The notes under the pieces: generated by a model | Told to the model about the DNA's origin: nothing | Seen by the model: only the letters and a program-made list of their open reading frames with translations | Database searches by the model: none | DNA from: Cyanobacteria bacterium auto_48_18 | GTDB taxonomy: Bacteria; Cyanobacteriota; Vampirovibrionia; Obscuribacterales; Obscuribacteraceae | Direction of reading: 5' to 3' | Length of the DNA stretch: 26,453 bases | Assembly (NCBI GenBank): GCA_036170915.1 | Contig: JAVHQC010000015.1 | Coordinates: 179,898-206,350, forward strand | Shown: positions 8,473 to 16,712 of the stretch, piece after piece | How positions within the stretch are numbered: position 1 is the first letter of the stretch | Layout: every line of letters begins with the position of its first letter | Program-made: the position numbers and the translations under genes

Positions 8473-9999
8473 TTAAGTACTGGTTTCGGCCTTCGCTTTT
8501 TCCATTATCTTCTCGAGATCGACCCTCAGCTCAGGCTGGCTTTTGCTTTCCTCTTGCAGGATTTGCATCACCAGCTTGTGCTGTTCGGCGTTGGAGGTCA
8601 GCGACCAGACGGCTGCTGCACCTATGGAAATTTTATTGATGTTGCCTGACAATTTTTTTGACCAGGATACGGTGGAGATGATTTTTCTGACGTAGCGTTT
8701 ATCGCCGGTGGCAAAAAAACAACCCCAGAGCATATCAAGATCGCTGGGTGCCGAAATAAAGAAAGTATCCAATTTGTCAGCTGCCAGATTGGCGTGAGTA
8801 ATAGTGCGATCTCTGGCTGGAATATTTTTTTCCACCATCTCCGCTTCGGCCAGGGCCTCAGGTGTGCGAGTCAAGCGCAAAGCTAGAGGAAGCAACGCGC
8901 TTTTGTGGTCGGTCGTAAGATCATTGATATCTTCCAGCCATTTTTTCATGCGATCTGGGTGTTGCACAAACAGACGACTCAAAAATGAGGCACTGGGGGC
9001 GATGGCGCTTTCTTTATCCAGTGCTCCTTCTTTCTCTAACAGATGCACGCCGGCCGGCACTAGATCAGGGGTGGGGAAGAGGTAGTAGTAAGTCATCCAC
9101 TGCCATAGGTCTTTACCGTTATTAAGAGCCGTAAGGGCCGCCTTGGGTTCACTGAGCGGTTCTTCACTGCCCTTGGTGCCCATGGTATTAAACTCTTTTT
9201 TAGAGGCACCGGCAGCAAACAGGCTATCTGATAAGGCGCTTTCTTCATTGCCACTGCCATCGTTTTCGGTGGTGGTGACACGACTTTGTTTGTCAGAGGC
9301 AGTGCTCAAATCTGTAGTCGCCGCTTCTGAATAAGCGATGTTATCTGGCTTGATAAATTTGTCGGCAGAAAAAGGCAGGGTTTTGTATGACAAATATTCT
9401 AAAGTACGCTTGCCTCTCGGGCTTGTAATCAGCATTTTGAGCGGCACAGAATTAGAATTGACGAGCAGCTCCAGTTGAATTGGACCCCCATCAAATTTAT
9501 ATGACGTAGTTTTGCCACCACTGATGGTGGGGCCATCAGCGCCGACAATATTTCGGCTTTTAAAAAATTGCAGTTCGCGACCGAATTCCAGATCAATAAA
9601 GGGCTGCTGGCGCGTGGCCAATATAGGCATGTGCACAGTGGAGACCTTCGCTTGATCGAGAAGGTGTTTACCGGTTTTGTCCGCTAAATTGATAATCCAG
9701 ACGTCAGGGCAAGAGATGACAATTAGACCGTGTAATCCTAATTTGCTGTCGAGCGCTTCTTCGATGCGGCCGTAAATTTCACCGGCCCGATAACAGTAAC
9801 GCGGTTGGCCTGCAAACGACTCAGGATCGATATCATCAGCCACATAGCGCAGCTTAATTTCCTGCATTTCTTTTAGATCTGATTTGCTTGCATCGGCAGC
9901 CCAGGCCGGCACCACCCAGGTGATGATACTAATCACCGCACCAGTCAGGGCGCTAAATTTAATTGCTGATTTGCCGCGGTTCCGCATGGTTGCCTTCAT
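8473..9999 (-). CDS. Secreted two-domain hypothetical protein
   Basis: Long ORF with a signal peptide (AVISIITWVVPAWA-A), a beta-rich N-domain, a Ser/Thr/Glu linker and a helical C-domain (DLDMLWGCFFATGDKRYVRKII). Start is uncertain (ATG 9999 or 9987). Confidence 0.75.
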   Translation of the reverse strand: MKATMRNRGKSAIKFSALTGAVISIITWVVPAWAADASKSDLKEMQEIKLRYVADDIDPESFAGQPRYCYRAGEIYGRIEEALDSKLGLHGLIVISCPDVWIINLADKTGKHLLDQAKVSTVHMPILATRQQPFIDLEFGRELQFFKSRNIVGADGPTISGGKTTSYKFDGGPIQLELLVNSNSVPLKMLITSPRGKRTLEYLSYKTLPFSADKFIKPDNIAYSEAATTDLSTASDKQSRVTTTENDGSGNEESALSDSLFAAGASKKEFNTMGTKGSEEPLSEPKAALTALNNGKDLWQWMTYYYLFPTPDLVPAGVHLLEKEGALDKESAIAPSASFLSRLFVQHPDRMKKWLEDINDLTTDHKSALLPLALRLTRTPEALAEAEMVEKNIPARDRTITHANLAADKLDTFFISAPSDLDMLWGCFFATGDKRYVRKIISTVSWSKKLSGNINKISIGAAAVWSLTSNAEQHKLVMQILQEESKSQPELRVDLEKIMEKAKAETST

Positions 10000-10014
10000 A
10001 GTTGCTACGTTCAA

Positions 10015-10047
10015 AGTATATTCGATTTGGAATTAAAGGGGTATAAT
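10015..10047. promoter_or_regulatory. Candidate back-to-back divergent -10 elements
   Basis: TATACT on the minus strand (10015-10020) and TATAAT on the plus strand (10042-10047) lie in the short divergent intergenic gap; no convincing -35 boxes. Confidence 0.35.
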
Positions 10048-11000
10048 TGGTCGCCCTTTTGCAGGTTCTTATCCTGGACGTTTTAATAACAGTTGACAAT
10101 CTCTGCAAGAGCTATCGCAACGGCACGATCAAGGCTGTTGACGGCGCCTCTTTCACTGTCAGCCAGGGCGAAATTTTTGGTTTAATTGGGCCCAATGGTG
10201 CCGGCAAGACTACAATTCTTGGCTGCCTGCTGGCCTTGATTCAACCCACCTCTGGCAAAGTGTTGATCGATGGTAGATCGCCCTATGACCTGGCTGTTAA
10301 ACCGTTAATTGGCTTTCTGCCTGAGCGGCCCTGTTACAACCGCTGGATGACCATTGAACAATTTCTGAAATATCAGCACCGCCTTGCCAAGCGACCGGAA
10401 GGAGAACTTTCGCAAGCGATTAAAGAAGTTCTTGCCCTGGTTGAACTTGATGTCGATCCGAAAAAGCGGCGCATTCGCGAATTATCTCGAGGTATGTTGC
10501 AACGCATTGGTTTGGCTCAGGCGCTAATTGGCAAACCACAGGTATGTTTCTTAGATGAGCCCACGTCGGGCATGGACCCGCTGGGCTTTGTCTTGATTCG
10601 CAAGCTCCTACTGAAATGCAAAGCCGAAGGCATAACCGTGGTGCTCAATTCGCACCACTTGCAAGAAGTGGAAAAAGTTTGCGACCGCATTGCTTTTATT
10701 CGCCGCGGAAAAATAGAATCTGTTCAAAGTGTTGAATCACTGGCACAGCTAAGTCAGGTGCTGGTTGTTGAATGGCAATCATCCACAGTTGAAGTAGATG
10801 GTGCCACACTAGAGAAAATAGCCCGGCAAGCAGGTTCTAATTTAATAGATATAAACGGCAACTCGGCTCGTTTTGCTGCCCCTGATAAAGATGTGGCAGC
10901 CGATTTAATTGTTGCCCTCACCAGCAGTGGTGTCAAAGTTTATCAGGCCACTTTTGAGAAACGGGAGTTGGTTGAAATGTTTTATGAGGGCATGAATTGA
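10047..11000 (+). CDS. ABC transporter ATP-binding protein (ABC-2/CcmA-like exporter)
   Basis: Walker A GPNGAGKTT, signature LSRGMLQR, Walker B CFLDEPTSGMD, H-loop NSHHL. Start codon uncertain (TTG 10047, TTG 10059 or CTG 10074). Confidence 0.95.
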   Translation: MVALLQVLILDVLITVDNLCKSYRNGTIKAVDGASFTVSQGEIFGLIGPNGAGKTTILGCLLALIQPTSGKVLIDGRSPYDLAVKPLIGFLPERPCYNRWMTIEQFLKYQHRLAKRPEGELSQAIKEVLALVELDVDPKKRRIRELSRGMLQRIGLAQALIGKPQVCFLDEPTSGMDPLGFVLIRKLLLKCKAEGITVVLNSHHLQEVEKVCDRIAFIRRGKIESVQSVESLAQLSQVLVVEWQSSTVEVDGATLEKIARQAGSNLIDINGNSARFAAPDKDVAADLIVALTSSGVKVYQATFEKRELVEMFYEGMN

Positions 11001-11776
11001 ATAAAGCAATTTTCGATTTTACTCTGCACGAAAAATTTTCTAATTGGAAATTGCAGCTGCCGTTGCTTGGTTTTGTCATTATGCCTGCTTATATGCTCTT
11101 TTTAGCAGTGCAGAGCACGCCGGAGAGAATCGCTGCTAGTGCTAGCGTTTGGCAATATTTTCAAAGTTCTGCGGTTTATTTGTTTTACAGCTATTTATTT
11201 GTCAGTGATGGTTTTGTCAGCTCAAGACCCACAGGCGACTCCACAGCTATGACACTGCTGTTCACCCGACCGATTACCCGATTTGAGTATGTAATGACAA
11301 AGTTTTTGGCAGCTTCGCTGGGAGTAATTGCGCTTCTATTGCCCGCGGCCTTGCTTACACATGTGGTCAGCTGTTTCCTCGGCCTGCCGCCTGCGTTCAA
11401 CGTCAGCGTGGCGGCCTCAATAGTACTCAATAGCATGCTCGCTTCGGCATTTGTTGTTTTTCTCCACTGTTTACCTGGCGTCCTGGGCGTTTTCACCTTT
11501 CTTTTGCTGGCTGGTTGTGCCGGTGTCGGCGACATGTTTGCCTCTCCGACATCGAGCGACATACCTGAAATAATGAAACACTTTGCTCAAATTATGCGTA
11601 ACATCAATTTCTGGGTCGGCGATTTTTTCTGTCCCTTTTTAAACGTGAGCGAGCTAAGCACCGGTGTTACTTTTGATTACACCGCCATTGTCGTTTATTT
11701 GTCGAATATAACATCGTATCTTTTTCTTGGCACTTATGTACTTGTGCATCGAGAATTTTTCTATGCCAATGAATAA
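10997..11776 (+). CDS. ABC-2 type exporter permease
   Basis: About 6 hydrophobic segments and the ABC-2 permease motif LLFTRPITRFEYVMTKFLA; the TTG start overlaps the ATPase stop. Confidence 0.88.
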   Translation: MNKAIFDFTLHEKFSNWKLQLPLLGFVIMPAYMLFLAVQSTPERIAASASVWQYFQSSAVYLFYSYLFVSDGFVSSRPTGDSTAMTLLFTRPITRFEYVMTKFLAASLGVIALLLPAALLTHVVSCFLGLPPAFNVSVAASIVLNSMLASAFVVFLHCLPGVLGVFTFLLLAGCAGVGDMFASPTSSDIPEIMKHFAQIMRNINFWVGDFFCPFLNVSELSTGVTFDYTAIVVYLSNITSYLFLGTYVLVHREFFYANE

Positions 11777-12731
11777 AGTGCCAGCGTCATCTACGCTTTA
11801 TATTCCTCTCTGGTTCGCCATTTTTGCTGCCATATTATTTGTGGCGCGAGTGGCTGTTAAAGTGGCAGACGAACAAATTAGCGCACAAGCACAGGCCGCT
11901 TTGCACTGGCACGATGCCAGCGCAATATCAGATGTGAAAGCCGCCGCCGGTAAGTTGTTATTGATCGATTTCACCGCCGACTGGTGTGGTCCCTGTAAAG
12001 AAATGGCTAGGACAACTTTCGTAAATCGAAAGGTTATTGAGCACATCAAAAGTGACTATGTGCCTATACGTGTTTATGCTCCCAGCCATGAGCAAACTAC
12101 ACCGCAGGCAGGTCTTGTGCGAGAACTGCAAGAGAAATATAACGCTACTTACATACCGTGTTTTGTCATTGCTTTCCCTGGTGGTGAGTATATTTGTCGA
12201 GCATCTGGGTACCGCGACAGTCGTGAATTTTTATCGGTTTTAGATGAAGGTCTGCTTGCTGCTCAATTTGCCAGAGCAATGCACGCCGTCTATATTTTCG
12301 ATTATGCCAGAGCAGCAACTTTTCTCGATAACGATGTATTGAGCGGTAAAAAAACTACAGGCACCAATCAGACTTTGGTTTATTTCCACATACTGTCATC
12401 ACTAGGCCGCGAGGTTGAGGGCAAGGCTTTAGTGCAAAGAAAACTGGGTGAAGACGAGCGAACGAACAAAAAAATTATTAGCGACCACTGGCCAAGGGCC
12501 CTTTGCAAATATCTACTGGGAGAGTTAAGCGAAGCACAGGCACTCGCTGCCACAACTCGCGATAATCAAAAAAGCCAGATGCATTTTGCCTTTGCTCTCA
12601 GTCGCTTAAGGAATAATGACCGTCCCGGCGCCATTCGTGAACTTAATAAAGTGATGGTTCTGCAGGAGACTTACCTCGATTGTTATCGCTCGAGCGGGGT
12701 TTGGCTAACTCAATTTGAAAAAGGCAAATAA
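11769..12731 (+). CDS. Membrane-anchored thioredoxin-fold protein (WCGPC) with a C-terminal TPR/NlpI-like helical domain
   Basis: N-terminal TM (LWFAIFAAILFVARVAV); LLLIDFTADWCGPCKEM; cis-Pro loop YIPCF; helical tail WPRALCKYLLGELSEAQAL...MHFAFAL. ATG 11769 (or 11763) overlaps the permease stop. Confidence 0.85.
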   Translation: MNKVPASSTLYIPLWFAIFAAILFVARVAVKVADEQISAQAQAALHWHDASAISDVKAAAGKLLLIDFTADWCGPCKEMARTTFVNRKVIEHIKSDYVPIRVYAPSHEQTTPQAGLVRELQEKYNATYIPCFVIAFPGGEYICRASGYRDSREFLSVLDEGLLAAQFARAMHAVYIFDYARAATFLDNDVLSGKKTTGTNQTLVYFHILSSLGREVEGKALVQRKLGEDERTNKKIISDHWPRALCKYLLGELSEAQALAATTRDNQKSQMHFAFALSRLRNNDRPGAIRELNKVMVLQETYLDCYRSSGVWLTQFEKGK

Positions 12732-12732
12732 A

Positions 12733-12762
12733 TTGCATGGCGCTTACAATGGCGCTTACAAT
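12733..12762 (+). promoter_or_regulatory. Candidate sigma70 promoter containing a 12-bp tandem direct repeat upstream of the peptide gene
   Basis: TTGCAT (12733-12738), 18-nt spacer, TACAAT (12757-12762). ATGGCGCTTACA occurs twice (12737-12748, 12749-12760). GGAGG RBS at 12777-12781. Confidence 0.45.
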
Positions 12763-12785
12763 AGAAGTATCGATTTGGAGGACTC

Positions 12786-13091
12786 ATGAAATTACCAGTT
12801 TCAACCCAAGATAAGTTGCGCGCCGCTTTAGGTTTAACCCTTCTGTGTGGCATGTGTATGCCGATCGAAGAAGTGCAGGCTAAAGCTAAAGAGACTGGCA
12901 AAGCCAATCAGTCGAAAGAAAGTGCGAAAAAAAGTGGCAGCAACCAAGAAGTTAAGCCTGACGGTGCAAAATCTGAAACCAAACCGTCTAAAGATCCTGT
13001 AGCCGATCCCGAACCGTCCGCTAAAGCTCCGCCTTCCGCTAAAGCTCCAGGATCCGGTAAAGACCCTTGCCCTGCTTGCGGTCGCGGCTAA
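12786..13091 (+). CDS. Putative RiPP precursor peptide, chryseobasin ChrA-like (C-terminal CPACGRG)
   Basis: Strong GGAGG RBS; signal-like N-terminus (LRAALGLTLLCGMCMPIEEVQA); Lys/Ser/Pro-rich low-complexity middle; ends DPCPACGRG-stop, like the CPACGMG terminus of ChrA; 7 nt upstream of a DUF692 gene. Confidence 0.85.
   Translation: MKLPVSTQDKLRAALGLTLLCGMCMPIEEVQAKAKETGKANQSKESAKKSGSNQEVKPDGAKSETKPSKDPVADPEPSAKAPPSAKAPGSGKDPCPACGRG
13014..13049 (+). repeat. 18-bp in-frame tandem duplication (PSAKAP x2) in the precursor
   Basis: ccgtccgctaaagctccg / ccttccgctaaagctcca. Confidence 0.8.
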
Positions 13092-13098
13092 AAAGCTA

Positions 13099-14259
13099 AT
13101 GACCATATTGTGCGGCCTGGCACTGATGCCTACAGCCGATTTTCTAGAGGCCGCATATCCCTTATTTGAATCCTCTCAAGTCGACTTGCTTGAATGGAGC
13201 TTCGACACGATCTGGAACGGCGCTGAGCTGCCTGATTGGGCAACTGACCTGATTAACTTTTACGCTTCGCAAGACAGGTTGCTTGGTCATGGTGTTTTCT
13301 TTTCACTGCTTTCCGGTCAGGCTATGGCTCATGAGCAGTGGCTTAGTAATCTGTCAAAAGAGTGTGGACAGTACAAATATTTGCACATCTCGGAGCACTA
13401 CGGATTTTCTCAAGCCGGGTCTTTTGTGGATAGCACTCAACTGCCCGTGCCTTGCACTGCGTCGACGGTGGCTCTGGGTTTAGCCCGTCTGCAGCTGGTG
13501 GCGCGGGCGGTGCCTGAAGTCAACTTTGGTTTGGAGAATCTGGCTTTTGCTTTTTCGGCGGCAGACGCACTGGCTCAAGGGCCCTTTTTGAAAAAACTAC
13601 TAGTCATGCCAGGTAATTTTTTAGTTCTAGATATTCACAACCTTTATTGTCAGTCCCATAATTTCAAAATTGATTTTGAGCAGTTACTCTTAACTTACCC
13701 GCTAGAGTTGGTAAGAGAAATTCACCTCTCAGGCGGCTCCTGGTCTCAATATGAGAACCTGGCGATTCGCCGTGATACTCACGATGATCAAGTTCCTGAA
13801 GAACTATTTCAACTGCTGGCACTTACACTAAAATTTTGCCCACATGTTGAATCAGTGATTTTAGAGAGGTTAGGCGGCACTATAAATGGTGGCGCTGCCG
13901 CTTCAAATTTTAGAGACGATTTTAGCCGTTTGAAAGCAGTGGTGAATAGTCATGATGTGCCTAATAATGCGCTTAATAACGCACTTAATTATGCATCAAA
14001 TGACCAGGTTAAAGCTGCCGGCCCTCTGCGTAAGATGAGAGGTCTCGAACAAGATCTAAAGCTGGCTTTGTATCAAGAGCGCTTGCTTGATTTGCTCAAT
14101 AGTGAATTGAGTGCCAAGCAAATTATTGATCTCTTACAAGACGACTCGAGTCTCAGTATTTACCGAGAATATATAGGCACTTTTGAACCGCGAATGGTGG
14201 ATGTGGCTAAACAACTGGTGAAGCGCTGGGGGAAGACAGCTGCTCAACTCGAATCTTAA
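13099..14259 (+). CDS. DUF692 multinuclear non-heme iron-dependent oxidative enzyme (MNIO), ChrH-like
   Basis: DUF692 metal-ligand motifs in order: LEWSFD, GHGVFFSL, SEHYGF, GLENLAF, LDIHNLYCQ, EIHLSGGS, RRDTHDD, VILERL. A C-terminal helical extension ends EPRMVDVAKQLVKRW. Confidence 0.92.
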   Translation: MTILCGLALMPTADFLEAAYPLFESSQVDLLEWSFDTIWNGAELPDWATDLINFYASQDRLLGHGVFFSLLSGQAMAHEQWLSNLSKECGQYKYLHISEHYGFSQAGSFVDSTQLPVPCTASTVALGLARLQLVARAVPEVNFGLENLAFAFSAADALAQGPFLKKLLVMPGNFLVLDIHNLYCQSHNFKIDFEQLLLTYPLELVREIHLSGGSWSQYENLAIRRDTHDDQVPEELFQLLALTLKFCPHVESVILERLGGTINGGAAASNFRDDFSRLKAVVNSHDVPNNALNNALNYASNDQVKAAGPLRKMRGLEQDLKLALYQERLLDLLNSELSAKQIIDLLQDDSSLSIYREYIGTFEPRMVDVAKQLVKRWGKTAAQLES

Positions 14260-14842
14260 GATGGTGATCGTCATTCCATAACTTAATTACAGGTTCGGAT
14301 AAATTGTGATCATAACCAAGGATGCTAATTGAGGCTGTTGAAAGGTTGAAAATGCGAGCGTCTGAGCTAGGTAAGCCCAGCCAGCGTGCTGCTACAAAGC
14401 GAAGCATATGACCGTGCGAGAAAAGCAACACATTGCCGCTCGCCTCACCTTCGCGCATCTTTTTGACCACGAGTTCGGCTCTGATACCAATTTCTTCTAC
14501 TGCTTCGCCTTGAGGAAAACCATCGCGGAAAGGTTGAAAGTTAGGTCGCTCTGCTCTAATTTCAGCAGTTGTTTTGCCTTCGTAATCACCATAATGCCAC
14601 TCAATAAGCCCTTCAAGCACCTCAGCTTGCTCACCAAATCCGGCCAGTTCGCAAGTTTTTCTCGCCCGTAAAAGGGGGCTTGTGTAAACGCGATCAAAAG
14701 TTAACCCTGCAAGAGCGGGCTTCAACTTTAGTGCTTGCTGCTCTCCCTTTGAGGTAAGCGGTTTATCGGTTAACCCTGTGTGCTGACCGCTCAGCGACCA
14801 TTCAGTTTCGCCGTGGCGCACCAGATAAATCAAGGGCAGCAT
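14207..14842 (-). CDS. Histidine phosphatase (phosphoglycerate mutase family)
   Basis: LVRHGETEWS, SPLLRARKT, EWHYGDYEG, FSHGH motifs; the start overlaps the pgm stop. Confidence 0.93.
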   Translation of the reverse strand: MLPLIYLVRHGETEWSLSGQHTGLTDKPLTSKGEQQALKLKPALAGLTFDRVYTSPLLRARKTCELAGFGEQAEVLEGLIEWHYGDYEGKTTAEIRAERPNFQPFRDGFPQGEAVEEIGIRAELVVKKMREGEASGNVLLFSHGHMLRFVAARWLGLPSSDARIFNLSTASISILGYDHNLSEPVIKLWNDDHHLKIRVEQLSSPSASPVV

Positions 14843-16491
14843 TTGGCTTCTCCTGCCAGCGTTGCGCTGACGATTTCTTGTGCTTCTTTGATGATTGTCT
14901 CGAGATGAGACTCATCTTTCATGCTTTCAGCATAGATTTTGTAGATGTTTTCTGTGCCGGATGGTCTTGCTGCAAACCAACCATTAGCAGTTGTCACCTT
15001 CAGCCCACCAATTGAAGCGTCATTACCAGGGGCCCGGGTAAGTTTGGCTTCGATTTTTTCACCGGCCAATTCAGTTGCTTTGACCGCATCTGGTGATAGC
15101 TTCAATAGCACTGCTTTTTCTTCCATTGTTGACGGCGCGTCTACACGTTTGTAATAGGATGTGCCAAATTTTGCCGTGAGCTCCTTGTAGTGTACGCCCG
15201 GGTCTTTACCGGTAATTGCCAGAATTTCAGCAGCCAGTAAGGCCATAGCCGGGCCGTCTTTATCAGTGGTCCATGTCTGGCCGTCTTTTTGCAAGAACGA
15301 CGCTCCGGCACTTTCTTCGCCACCAAAACAAACGCTGCCGTCATAGAGACCTGGTGCAAACCATTTAAAGCCTACGGGTACTTCACGCAAAATTCTTTGC
15401 AGGTCTTTAACCACTCGATCGATCATTGAACTGCTCACCAGAGTTTTACCCACAGCGGCTGCATTCGACCAATCTGGGCGATGAGTAAGCAAATAACTGA
15501 TGGCCACTGCCAGATAGTGGTTAGGATCCATTAGCCCCGCTGATGGTGTCACAATGCCGTGTCGATCAGCATCCGGGTCATTGCCAAAAGCAACCTGATA
15601 CTTGTCTTTCAATTTGACCAGATTAGCCATGGCAAACTTGCTCGAACAGTCCATGCGAATTTTGCCGTCGTGATCGAGCGGCATGAAAGCAAACTGGGGG
15701 TCGATTTTTTTGTTAACGATTTCAATGTCGAGGTTGTACATGGCATTGATTGGTTCCCACAAAACAACTGAGGCGCCACCTAGCGGATCTACAGCCAGTT
15801 TAAGTTTGGCGTTGGTAATCGCTTGCATGTCGATTACTTGCGCTAAGTCTTTAACATAAGGAGTAATGAAATCGGTGGTGTGAGTTGTGGCCGCCTTTAT
15901 CGCTTTTTCGTAGGGAATGCGCTTCACCTCTTGATTGCCGCTTTGCAATAGTTCGTTGGCGCGATTCTGAATCCAGGTGGTGACTTCAGTGTCTGCTGGG
16001 CCACCATTGGGTGGATTGTATTTGTAGCCGCCATCGGCCGGCGGATTGTGAGACGGGGTGGAAATTAAGGCATCAGCTAAATGATCCTTGCGCCCACGGT
16101 TATAATTCAGAATCGCTCGTGAGATAACAGGTACAGCTGTGATGCCGTCTTTTTCGGCAATCAAAACTTCCATATTGTTGGCGGCCAGCACTTCGAGAGC
16201 CGTGTGTTCAACTAATGAAGAAAGCGCGTGGGTGTCTTTGCCGAACAGAATTGGCCCGTCGTAGCCTTGCTGGCGTCGGTAATCACAGACAGCCTGAGTG
16301 ATTGCCAGAATATGAGCTTCTGTGAAAGTGCCGTTGGTGGATGTGCCGCGATGACCACTGGTGCCGAAAGTAACGCGCTGGGCTGGGTCCTGGTAGTCAG
16401 GGGTGCAGTCGTAATAAGCTTGCTCCAGCTTGGCTACGTTAATCAAGACATCTGCTGGTGCGGGTTTACCAGCTAGTTGGTGAATACTCAT
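14830..16491 (-). CDS. pgm: Phosphoglucomutase (alpha-D-glucose-1,6-bisphosphate dependent)
   Basis: FGTSGHRG, catalytic TPSHNPP, metal loop NDPDADRHG, FGGEESAG, RPSGTENIYKIYAES. Likely start ATG 16491 (MSIHQLAGKPAP) with AAGGA upstream. Confidence 0.96.
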   Translation of the reverse strand: MSIHQLAGKPAPADVLINVAKLEQAYYDCTPDYQDPAQRVTFGTSGHRGTSTNGTFTEAHILAITQAVCDYRRQQGYDGPILFGKDTHALSSLVEHTALEVLAANNMEVLIAEKDGITAVPVISRAILNYNRGRKDHLADALISTPSHNPPADGGYKYNPPNGGPADTEVTTWIQNRANELLQSGNQEVKRIPYEKAIKAATTHTTDFITPYVKDLAQVIDMQAITNAKLKLAVDPLGGASVVLWEPINAMYNLDIEIVNKKIDPQFAFMPLDHDGKIRMDCSSKFAMANLVKLKDKYQVAFGNDPDADRHGIVTPSAGLMDPNHYLAVAISYLLTHRPDWSNAAAVGKTLVSSSMIDRVVKDLQRILREVPVGFKWFAPGLYDGSVCFGGEESAGASFLQKDGQTWTTDKDGPAMALLAAEILAITGKDPGVHYKELTAKFGTSYYKRVDAPSTMEEKAVLLKLSPDAVKATELAGEKIEAKLTRAPGNDASIGGLKVTTANGWFAARPSGTENIYKIYAESMKDESHLETIIKEAQEIVSATLAGEAKCCP

Positions 16492-16712
16492 GCTGTTCTG
16501 GTCCTTTTTAAGTGCTAAACGGAACACCCTTTCCTGACAACGCGCTGTGCAGGAGGCAAGTGTAGAAAATGATATCAGCGCGCGAGCACAATTTTCAAAA
16601 ACTTAAGCCAATTGACCGGTAATACCCATTCCTTTTAATGCGCCTTTATGGCAAGGCGAAATATTTCACACTAACTACTGTCGACTGATGCCGACGGCGA
16701 ATATCTCTCTGG

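Noticed and set aside
12710..13106. Minus-strand ORFs 12710-12907 and 12834-13106
   Set aside because: They are shadows of the precursor gene, which has the RBS, the motif and the operon context.
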